Virus record (IMG/VR): IMGVR_UViG_3300030019_000007
Source of the DNA: a virus
Taxonomy: Duplodnaviria > Heunggongvirae > Uroviricota > Caudoviricetes
Strand: one strand, 5' to 3'
Length of the DNA: 64,000 bases
Shown one piece after another: positions 1 through 10,000 of this stretch; position 1 is the stretch's first letter, and each line of letters opens with the position of its first letter. The notes below the pieces were generated by a model that saw only the letters and a program-made list of their open reading frames with translations, was not told the origin of the DNA and searched no databases. The position numbers were made by a program, and so were the translations under genes.

Positions 1-3000
1 TGCACTAGCCAAACTAGATTGATTTCTAGCGGCTACTTCTGCACGAGCTGCTGAATCACGTTGAGTATTTTCAGTTTGTTGACCTTGCGTATTTTGTCTC
101 ATTTGAGAATCTGCTTGGTCTCCTTGTTCTTCTAATTGAGAAGCTTGTGAATCAAGTTGTCTTTTCATCATTGCATTTCTAACTGGGTCAGAGCCAGCAA
201 CAAAAGATCCCCTAATTTTATTAGCTCGATCATAATAAGCAGATTTAGTTTGTAAATCTCCTCTTACTGAAGTAGATGTTGAGGCGGCAGGTTGTACTAA
301 GGGAGCTTCTACTCTAGTATCAATGTTTTGAGTAGCTTTATTTGCTAGTAAAGTTCTAAAAAATTCAGCTCCTTGTATTCCTGATTTACTTCCTAAACCT
401 GTTTGCATTTTTGATAAAAATCCAGTGCCTGCATTTTGTGCTCCTGCCTGTGCAACTTTTGTAGAACCTACTGGTGATTGTATAGGTTTTAACCTATTAA
501 AACTATTAGACATTGAAGAAATTGGATTTGCTATACGAGAAGCCCCATCAGGAATAGGTGCAACATATTTTGTAGAACCCATTGCTCTTTGAAACCAAGG
601 TAAATCAACCATTTCTTCAAAAGGATTTCTAGAAGATTCTGGAGTATACGGAGTTCCTAAAACTGCGCCACCATCTGCTTTTAATATTCCTCCTTTAAAT
701 TTCTTAGAAACTTTTTTCCATGAAGGAGTATTATTTTCAGAGAATTTGGGAGTTTTACTCTCCACTTTTTGAGGTTCTACTTTTGGCTCAGTAACTTTTG
801 CTACTATTTTAGGTCTTGTAGGATTTTTAGGGGTTGTAGTAACTTTAGCAACTTTTTTAGCTGGTACAGAAGTAGATGTAGGTATTGTCTCTACCTCTGG
901 AATAGAAATAGTACTTTTTCCTAAATTTGATGTAGTAGGAACAGTTTTACTTACTCTATCTAATATCTCTTGAATTTTTGGAGATAATGGCATTTGAGAA
1001 ATATCTTTAGCTAGTTCATCTGTAGTAGGAAATACTTTCTTTTCTGTAGGCAAAGGAGGTACATTTTTATTACTTCTAGTAATAGTAGGAGTAGATTTAT
1101 CTATAGGAGCTTTAGGTACAATAGGTTCTTTTAAAGGACTACTAGCAGTCATATTTGTAGGAGGAGGGCTTCCTGGAACTCTTTTAGTATTTAGAATCTC
1201 TAAATTTTTAGCTTGTCTAGACCCCATTAATTCATAAATTTCATTTAGTCTATCTTCTTTATTTAATCCCCATCTTAAAGAATTTCTACGTCTTTCTGCT
1301 GCATTTCCTAACATAGAAGTAGCAGTAGATTCTTCTGGAGTTGCAACAACTTCAGTACCTCCACTACCAATTATTTTTTTAGTAAAAGGACTAGTTAAAG
1401 TTCTTCCCATAACTGGTTTCATATTTGCTTGTGCTGCATCTTTTGGTGTATAACTTCCATCTTCTTGTTTTGCGAATGTAGCTGGAACTGCTTCGCCATC
1501 AGCATTAATTACTTTTCCTTGAAATTCAGAAACAGGTTGTGTTTTTACTGCTTTTCCAATAGTTTTCCCAGCGGATGCCATTCTAAGACCACCTACAATC
1601 ATACGTAAATCATTAGTATTTAAGTCAGTAATTGATTTATCTCCTGATACTAAATCTTCTACTAATTCTTTACCTCCAGCAGCCATTCCTGCATAACCAG
1701 TGTATTTTAAAATTTTTCCAATTTTAGGAAGTGCTTTTGCAATTTTCCAACCCTGAGCAGCTTCTCCTAAAAAAGGAACTAAAGTAGCAGCATCAGCTAA
1801 TCCTGATAATGCAGTGCGTCCTATATTTCCAGCAGTCATTTTTCCCTCTCTTAAATAATCTGCATAAGCACTTGCTCCTGTAGATCCAAATCCTAAAGCA
1901 GAAGAGACTATAGAACCACCTATTTCACCTGTAGTTAATCCAATACCTAACCCAGCAATATCAGCGGCCAAAGCGGCTGCATCAAGCTTATCAGAAGTAG
2001 ATAATTCTCCTTCTCCTTCCGCAGCATTGTATAATGTTTTAATAGATGGAGCTCCTTTTAAAGATTTACCCTGTACTCTCTCGACTACTTGAGAAGCAGG
2101 AGATTCAGAGTCTTTAAAAGTTTCAATAGGAGCCTCTGGAGTTTCTGAAGTTTGTTGTGATGCAACATATTTAGCATGATCAGCTAAACGTTTTTGTAAG
2201 TTTTCCTCAAAAGATCCTCCAGATTGCATAAAATCAATAGTTCCTCCTTTTTTTCTCATACCTAAAGCATTGTGAATACACGTATTCACCCAGTCATCTT
2301 TTCCTCCGATACGAGTTTCTTTCTTTACTGTAGGAGTAGGAGTTGAATCTTCTATAAATGGTACATTTTTAAGTGATGGAGCTATATTGGTTAAGGATTC
2401 AGCACCCACAAAAGAGGGTAAGGGCTGATTAATTTGTTTCTTATGTATCCCAGATCCAGTTGGTGGAATATGAATTATTTTACCAGTGGAATCTTTTAAA
2501 AGAATTTCTCCATTATCTCCAGGAATAACTTGTAATCTTGGGGCTTTATTTAATTCAGTAAACAATGCATCGGGTTTAGCACTTTCTAATTCTTCTGGGA
2601 GTCCCACATATTGAATTATTGATTTTCCTGTTTTAGGATCTATAGTATATTCTATATGATAGTTTATTCCATTATGGTTAAAATCTGGTTTCTTTGAAAT
2701 ATTATTATTTCCTACATTATAATAATTAGGATCCGCTATTTGATCATTTTTAATAGCTTCTAAAGATGCTTTATGTGCTTCGTCAGCTACTTTAGCTTCT
2801 TGTGTTTGTAGGGTATTACCAAAGTATTTTTGCATAAATACTCTACCAGGATCACCATATAATCTACCATAAAAATTAGTAAAGAAATCGGAATCCATTT
2901 TCCCTGAAGTTCTTTGTGTTTCTATATCAGAAAGATCTGTATTTTTAAATCTATCATATTTTTTTAAATCAGGATATACTTTATCAAAATAACCTTTAGC

Positions 3001-3676
3001 ATATTTTAATCTATCCTCAGGAGACATAGCTTTAACAACTTCGTCATTATCAGATACTCCACCAGTTTGATCATTAAAGTATCCTTGAAATTGTTCTATA
3101 TCTCCAGCATATTTTTTAGTTTGAGCATCTGCTAAAGCTTTAGCTTCTCCCTCAGTTTTTGCTTTTAAATCATCTGCTGTTTTTTGAACTTTTGCATTTT
3201 CCCCTAAAGCCATACCACCAATTCTGGCACCTAATACGTTATTAAGTCTAGCCATCATATTTTCTTCTTTAGGTTTAATAGCAGATTGTAGACCTTGTCT
3301 AGCTAGGAATCTACCTACACCAGTTCTTTGTGCTACTTCCCCATTTGAATCAAAACCTAAATCAGATTGACCTTTAACATTTGAACCCACTGTAGATCCA
3401 GGAGCTTCATATCCCATAGAAGTCAACATACCTGTCCCAGCTGTATCTAATTTATATTTACCTGTTTTAGCTTGATTTTTAAAAGTAGAATAAGTAGACA
3501 TAAATTTAGGTAAATCAGTTTGACGTAATTCTCCAGATTGTACTAGTTTATTTCCTTCTTCCGCAGCCATAGCATCAATAGTATTTTCATCTAAGTCAAT
3601 ATCTTTACCATCAACATTGAATCGTAATTTTGTACCAGCTTCTGCGTATATTATATTTTTTGGTATTTGTCCCATA
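1..3676 (-). CDS. giant virion protein, partial (over 1225 aa; runs off the window's left edge)
   Basis: Stop-free minus-strand frame from ATG at 3674-3676 (MGQIPKNIIYAEAGTKLRFNVDGKD...) to position 1. It is the third of three consecutive giant ORFs at the end of the structural block. Not in the ORF track because there is no in-window stop. Confidence 0.55.
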
Positions 3677-3694
3677 ATAAATTCTTTTTAATAG

Positions 3695-3730
3695 AAAAAA
3701 AGCAGAGATACTTCCCTGCCTTTTTTTCTT
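3695..3730. terminator. hairpin with flanking A-run and T-run
   Basis: AAAAAAAGCAGAGATACTTCCCTGCCTTTTTTT, sharing the AGAGATAC core with the hairpin at 4397. Confidence 0.35.
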
Positions 3731-3740
3731 GTTTTAATAA

Positions 3741-4220
3741 TTAGCACTTAGCTCCAATTTTCATTTTTCCACCTTTTTTAGCTTCTTCTACAGATTCCTC
3801 TGTTCCTTTAGCGATAGGTTTCTTTCCCTTAAGTTGAATTTTACCAAATTTTCCACCTGATTTATACACAGGTTGTTCTGTTGGGGGTGCTCCTTGTGCT
3901 CCGCCTCCGCCTTGCGCTTGGGAAATTAATTGTAAAAACATTTGTGCTCCTTGTGATAAAGCTGCACAATCTTGTGATTGTAAAGCTGTGGCAAACATTT
4001 GTGCAATTTGCATTAAAGGATCTTGTCCACCACCTTCTGCACCTGCAGGAGCAGGTTGTCCACCTTGGTCTCCACCTGGTGCCCCACCTTGTGATGCGTC
4101 TGGTGCTCCACCCGGAGCGCCTCCTTGTGATGGATCTGGGGCCATTTGCCCACCTTCCTGTAAGTACTTGACTTTGAATTTCATAATAATAAATAGTTTA
4201 ATTAAACATTTTGTTCGCAT
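3741..4220 (-). CDS. Gly/Pro/Ala-rich low-complexity protein (159 aa)
   Basis: ORF track entry with GGAPGGAPDASQGGAPGG repeats and a Lys-rich C-terminus. Lies between giant virion genes, so possibly structural. Confidence 0.5.
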   Translation of the reverse strand: MRTKCLIKLFIIMKFKVKYLQEGGQMAPDPSQGGAPGGAPDASQGGAPGGDQGGQPAPAGAEGGGQDPLMQIAQMFATALQSQDCAALSQGAQMFLQLISQAQGGGGAQGAPPTEQPVYKSGGKFGKIQLKGKKPIAKGTEESVEEAKKGGKMKIGAKC

Positions 4221-4396
4221 ATATACTCCTCAAAAGTAATCAATTTTTTGAAAAATACAGCATTAAAATAAATATAATTTTAGAGGAATTATTAAAAATT
4301 ATACTTATATTTGTAGGATAAACTTAGGGTTTAAACAGAAAGTAGGTATGTCTTTTATGACTCTCTTTAACCAATTTAAAATATCCTTATAAGTTA

Positions 4397-4430
4397 ATAA
4401 GCCAGAGATACTCTGGCTTTCTTTTTTATA
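4397..4430. terminator. hairpin with flanking A-run and T-run
   Basis: AGCCAGAG-ATA-CTCTGGCT followed by TTCTTTTTT. Confidence 0.4.
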
Positions 4431-5358
4431 TCTGTTTTTGTAATAGAAAATGAATTCTTGAAATTAGATCACTCATATCTTCTTTTGTGTAGTCATATTT
4501 TAGTTCATGCAATTCACAATTATTTTTTATACATTTTTCTTTTTTACTTTTATCTCTTTTTTGAGTAAGTTTAAACTTTTCAATTCCTCCCATAAATTCC
4601 ATACTTTCATAATGTTGTATTCCATTATATTCTATAGCTAAATTTAATATAGGAATGTATATATCAAATCTTTGACCTCTCAACCAAGATAATGCAGCTT
4701 CCCATCTTATTTCCAATTCTGGAAAATTAAGTGCTATAGCATCAAATACTTTAGCTTGTGCTTTTAAACTGCATTTTGGACATCCACTTCCTGCTAAATG
4801 AATAGAAGGAGTTTGCATAAAAATACCATGTTTTTTACATGTAATTTCTAAAGGTACTCCTTTACCTATATAAATAGCATTAGTGTAATCATATTTATTA
4901 TTGTGTTTTAATTTTGCCTGTTTAATAAAAACATCTACACTTTTTGTGTATCGTATAGAACGTTCTTCTGCTGCACATTTTGAACAAGTTGACTTTTTAA
5001 ATAAATGATTTCCAGGGTACGGATTAAATATTCCATGTTTAGAACAAATTACTGTAATTGGAGTTTTGTTATTAATATAATTTACTAAAGAATAATCATA
5101 TAAACCCCCATGCACTTTTTTTGCTTTCTCTATCCATTCTTCTGTAGAAGGTTTATTTTTATTAGAGCATTTACTACATCCATATCCTTTACTATGTTCC
5201 TTTGGTACTTGAAAAAATGATCCATGTTCAGGACATATTATTTCTATAGGTAATTTAGCATTAATATAAATTACTTTTGAGTAATCATATTTATTTTTAT
5301 GGGTGTTATTAGCTTTATCAATAAAATGAAGTTTATTTTCTAGAATTGTGTTTTTCAT
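4426..5358 (-). CDS. homing-endonuclease-like protein: three tandem KYDYS/zinc-ribbon repeats plus a C-terminal Vsr/DUF559-like PD-(D/E)xK domain
   Basis: Three ~95-aa repeats (KYDYSxVxYINxKxPIxIxCxxHGxFxQxPxxHxxGxGCxKC). C-terminus ...ELEIRWEAALSWLRGQRFDIYIPILNLAIEYNGIQH matches the DUF559/Vsr-like endonuclease pattern. Confidence 0.55.
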   Translation of the reverse strand: MKNTILENKLHFIDKANNTHKNKYDYSKVIYINAKLPIEIICPEHGSFFQVPKEHSKGYGCSKCSNKNKPSTEEWIEKAKKVHGGLYDYSLVNYINNKTPITVICSKHGIFNPYPGNHLFKKSTCSKCAAEERSIRYTKSVDVFIKQAKLKHNNKYDYTNAIYIGKGVPLEITCKKHGIFMQTPSIHLAGSGCPKCSLKAQAKVFDAIALNFPELEIRWEAALSWLRGQRFDIYIPILNLAIEYNGIQHYESMEFMGGIEKFKLTQKRDKSKKEKCIKNNCELHELKYDYTKEDMSDLISRIHFLLQKQI

Positions 5359-5417
5359 AAATTTGTAATTTTAATAACTACAAATATAATAAAAAATTCT
5401 TTCTCCTCCAAATAATT

Positions 5418-6047
5418 TTAAATAGAAGTATACTCCTGTTTCTGAGTGTCCTGAGTATGAATAAATTGAAAAACTTTTTTTCCTAATTTTTTATAATCAA
5501 TATCTTTTTTTGATTTAACTGCCTTTTTAGCGTAACTAATTAATACTCTGGTATTTTTACGACTAAATATCCTCTCTCCTCCATCCAATTCCATCTGAGT
5601 ATCTCCATTTTCAGCAAGTACATGCATTTTAGGAGTTTCTTTTCCAATTTCTCCACCTCTCTTATCTTCCTGTATATCTTCCTCTTCATCTTCTTCCTCA
5701 TACTCTTCATCTAGATCTGAGAGATCTACATCATCTCCTGAAGAAATTCCAGAATTAGCATTTACTTCCAAAACATAACTAACTCCAGTTTCTGTAATAG
5801 GTGTTTCATCGTCAGGTTTACCAGTAGTTACTGAAATAACTTCTCCGTCTTCATCTAAGAAAATAATATCTAAAGGAATAGGAGTATTTTTCATCCAGAA
5901 TGCCACTTCTTGTGGAGCATCATAGATAAAAAGCATTCCTTCATCTTCTTGTAGATCATCTACATTCATTAGGCCTTGTTCCTTTTCTTCTTCTGTGTAA
6001 GCTACCTCAACATTATATCGTTTATTGTTAACTGTTACTTCTGTCAT
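5418..6047 (-). CDS. DUF192-domain protein with poly-acidic C-terminal tail
   Basis: GMLFIYDAPQEVAFWMKNTPIPLDIIFLDEDGEV matches the DUF192 (COG1430) core motif. Followed by an EEYEEEDEEEDIQED tract. Confidence 0.5.
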   Translation of the reverse strand: MTEVTVNNKRYNVEVAYTEEEKEQGLMNVDDLQEDEGMLFIYDAPQEVAFWMKNTPIPLDIIFLDEDGEVISVTTGKPDDETPITETGVSYVLEVNANSGISSGDDVDLSDLDEEYEEEDEEEDIQEDKRGGEIGKETPKMHVLAENGDTQMELDGGERIFSRKNTRVLISYAKKAVKSKKDIDYKKLGKKVFQFIHTQDTQKQEYTSI

Positions 6048-7060
6048 TGTATATTTTTTAATAATTTACTTCTAGAATCTTTTGTATTTTTTAATATCTC
6101 TTTAGCAAGAATTTTACCTGCCTCAACCATACTTTCTTCTGTGTTTTCCTTTGACAATTCTTCTAATTTCTTAGTTAACTGTAAATGAAAGATAATTTCA
6201 TCACGTTCTAATTCAGCTGTTTGATCTCCTAAATCTCCACCTTCTCCCATAGCAAGTACAGGAATTCCTTTTCTAGTAATATCAGATTCAGTAATATCTT
6301 CCATATGATTTAATTCTTTATGAAGTTTACCATCGACTATTACATTTTGAGGGGACTCAATAGTTCCTCCTGCTTTAAATTTTCTAAATTCTTTTAGAAA
6401 AGTTGTATTTAAACCTTTTTTACCAACACGAACTTGATTTTGATCTGGATTATTGAAATCCAACATATTTTTATTTGATAGAGTTTGAGAGGCATTTCCT
6501 AAAGCAGCAAATTGATCTTTAGATTGATTTAAGATACCAGAAGTTTTAACTTGCATTGCTTTTAATTTTGCAGTTTGTGCATCTAAATCTTTTCTTCCCC
6601 CAAATAATTTAGCGAATCCTCCAGCATTTCTTTGAGTATTAGTATCAGTCATTTGATCTCCAATATTAGATGCTAATCCAGTGTATCCAGAAGAAGTTCC
6701 TACATTTCCTGCTAAACCTATTTTATCTGCTTTTTTACCAAGTTTTCCACCTAACCAATCTAATCCAGTTAAACTAGCAGAAAGAGCAGTACCTACCCCA
6801 GGTATAGCTCCAATACCTGCAGTAACTGCTCCAAATCCTGCACCAATAGTGTTCATTTTCTTTTGGTAAGCAGTTTTACCTCCAGTATTTCCCATAGCAT
6901 AAGACATAGCCCCTGCTCCAAGAGTATTTATACCATTATCTATTAAAGAAGATGTCTTAGCTCCTTTTGGAGTACCATCTCCAAAGATATTGCCTATACT
7001 GGCAATATCTGAGAGTTTAAATTGGTACGATTGTGGGTTTGATGTTTGTGTATCAGCCAT
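6044..7060 (-). CDS. Gly-rich virion protein (338 aa)
   Basis: ORF track. Gly/Ala/Thr-rich N-half. 4-nt start/stop overlap with the downstream gene. Confidence 0.5.
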   Translation of the reverse strand: MADTQTSNPQSYQFKLSDIASIGNIFGDGTPKGAKTSSLIDNGINTLGAGAMSYAMGNTGGKTAYQKKMNTIGAGFGAVTAGIGAIPGVGTALSASLTGLDWLGGKLGKKADKIGLAGNVGTSSGYTGLASNIGDQMTDTNTQRNAGGFAKLFGGRKDLDAQTAKLKAMQVKTSGILNQSKDQFAALGNASQTLSNKNMLDFNNPDQNQVRVGKKGLNTTFLKEFRKFKAGGTIESPQNVIVDGKLHKELNHMEDITESDITRKGIPVLAMGEGGDLGDQTAELERDEIIFHLQLTKKLEELSKENTEESMVEAGKILAKEILKNTKDSRSKLLKNIQ

Positions 7061-7072
7061 AAATTTAATTTA

Positions 7073-10000
7073 TTATGCGTAACTTAATGTGTATAATGTT
7101 TGAAGAGCTGTAATAATTGCTAATTGTTCACCTGAGTAAATAACTCTCACAGAACAATACTTATCTCTTATCTTTGATTCTACTATTTGATTGTTACTTT
7201 TCTTTTTAACTCTTATAGGTTGTATTTGAACTTCCCACATATCTTCTTTATAATAAATATTTCCTTTTCGTTGTCCTACTTTTTGTACATTTTTAGCTTC
7301 TTGAAAAGAAAGAATTCTATATTCTTTAGTCTTATCATAAACAGTTTGTTGTGAAGGAGGAAGTAATTCATAAGTATCTTTTATTCTACCACCAATCAAT
7401 CCTTCATCACTATATGTTGGAAAATCATCTGTGAAATCATAAGCATCACCTACAATTTCAAATTGAAATGATTCAGGTTCTGCTTTATTAGAGATAATCT
7501 TAAGATTATCAAACATTTTATGTATTCCTAATTCATTACCATTAACTACAAATTGAAATTCAAATTTATGCTGTTCACCATACCATAATGCAGGTTTAAA
7601 AGCACTTTCATGTTCAAAAATTCCAGATTGTCCATGTTTCCATAAATTAGTTGTAGTATTAGCAAGATATTTTGCAATAGTTAAATCTAATAGATTTACA
7701 ATTTGTATTCGTTGTCCTTCTGTAAGATAAACAGTTGGGTGATCTACATCCGTACCTACGCGTAATGGAGGACAATTTGTAAGATTATTAAAAATATTAT
7801 ATCTTAAATTGTTTAATGTTTCAATACTAGGTCTTATATAAAGAGAATCTTGAAATTGGTCTGTTCCTGATAATCCGGTTTGTGATGTTCCCAATACTAC
7901 ATCTAAATCTATTAAAAATGCAAAATAAATTCGACTTAAAACTTGAAGTATTCCATTAAATTTATCTGTAAGTGATAAAGCAGAGAAACTATCGGGATTT
8001 ATAGATATATAACTAGCAGTACCATCTACTAAATTCTTTGTAATCTTAAAAAATTGATTATCATATACAATAGGATCTGCTATTGAAGATAAAGCATAAT
8101 CATAAGTAGATACTTTACTATACAATTCTTGACCTTGCAAAGTTAAGAAATATTCTCTAGTATTCAATAGAGAAGCAGTATAAGTTACATTAGCTATAGA
8201 GAAATTCCATCCTTCTCTTGCCATAGAATCTGCAAGTTCTTGAGAAGCAACTGCTCCAACTGTAAATTTAATCTTTAAATTAGGTTTTAATAAAGTAGTT
8301 TGAATATCAGTAATAGTATCTCCATTTAATTTATTCAAAATAAATTCATCTCCACTAGAAATCTCATTATCATTATTTGCGGAACGATAAAATGATAATT
8401 TACTATTACTTGAGAGTGATAAAAATGCATTATTTTTATCATAAACTACTAATACTCTACCAGTTGTTGGATAAAAATTCCATGTATGAGTATATCCTTG
8501 TGTAGGTAATCCATCCTCATACATACGGTGTAAACTTGGGCCATCAGAAAATAATACTGGTGGAGTTACTAGAACAGGATAAGGAGATGATAAGGTTCCA
8601 GTTATTGGAACCCCGGCAACTGTAGGAAGTGTTTCCTCTAATTTACTCTCATAAAATAATGAGAGATAATCTCCCTCAGTTAAATAGTTTTCTTCTGGAG
8701 AATTAATATAAATACTTCCTAATCCATCAGCACTATCAATAGATTTAGCAATCATTGAGGTTACTTTACAAGTTCCTCTAGAGAAAGTAAAAAATGTATT
8801 GCTGATATTTTCTGAAAATGCTGGAACCCATGAAAATTTTGTTACCCAATTGTTTAATTGTTCATTATAACATAAATTCCATACTTTGTCTGGATCATTA
8901 AATGTCTGGTCGTAAAAGGTAAACATAATATCTTTTTTAAAGACATTAAAATGTGTTACTACATTACGAAGGCCAATCATAGGAGTTTTATCATACACAG
9001 TAAATGATATATTATCATTTAAGAATTTCTGTACTCTAAAGTCAGAGATAATATCAAATTTCTTTCCATCAGTTCTCCAGATTTTTTTGCTTACTGTATC
9101 TACTCCATAAATATAATTATCAGAAGTTCTAATAGAATCTGGCCATGCACTACCTATTCCGTGAGATACCATCATAGGTTTCTCTGGAAGTACTCCAGCA
9201 TTACGTAAAAATATATTTTCACCTTCAGATTGTCCTGCCATAGTTCTCTCATTAATAGGAAGAACACCTACACCACCCTCAAATATAACAATTAAATTTC
9301 CAAACCAGGAAATTACTTTAGTAATAGTGCCAAATTCAATAGTATAATCTTGATAATTAAGCCCTTCAAATATTCTAAATCCATTTTTAAATGCATCATT
9401 AACATGAGTTTCTGAATACATAACTCTATTAGTATAGTCATTTTTTATTGCAGGGATATCTGGAATAACATAATACTCTTTATCAGAAGTAGTAGAATTA
9501 TATCCAACATTCATAGCTCCAGAATCAGCGATTTTAGCTGATCCTGCAAGACTTCTACTATATAAAGGAGTAAATGATCTAGGTCTTCCTGCCAGAGCAT
9601 ATTCAGAGGTATATGTAGGATCCACACATCTAAAAGCAAAGTTAATATCACTACAAAATTTAAATGTGGCCCAATATCCTAGTCTAACTGCATTCACATC
9701 GCCTCTATTAATTTTTTCAAGATTTTCTTTATTTAACTCCAAAGTAGCAGTATCATTTGATCTATACCCTTTAAAATTATCCAAAGTATTAACATCAACA
9801 ATGATATCATTTATTGGTGCTTCAGGATCTTGAAAATTTCTTAACATTCTAATAGAAACTTGATTTATAAAGCAATCACCTCTATAGACATCTAAAGATT
9901 TATAGGCACTAGTACTAGATTGTTCTAAATTAAATCTTTCCCAATCATATCTATCTGATATAGCCATAAATGGAGAGTTATCATTATACCGTATATTAAA

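Noticed and set aside
3881-4239. Plus-strand ORFs 3881..4171 and 3988..4239 antisense to the Gly-rich gene
   Set aside because: They are artefacts of the GC-rich GGAPGG repeat DNA (PPGAPPCD repeats) and sit on the wrong strand for the operon.
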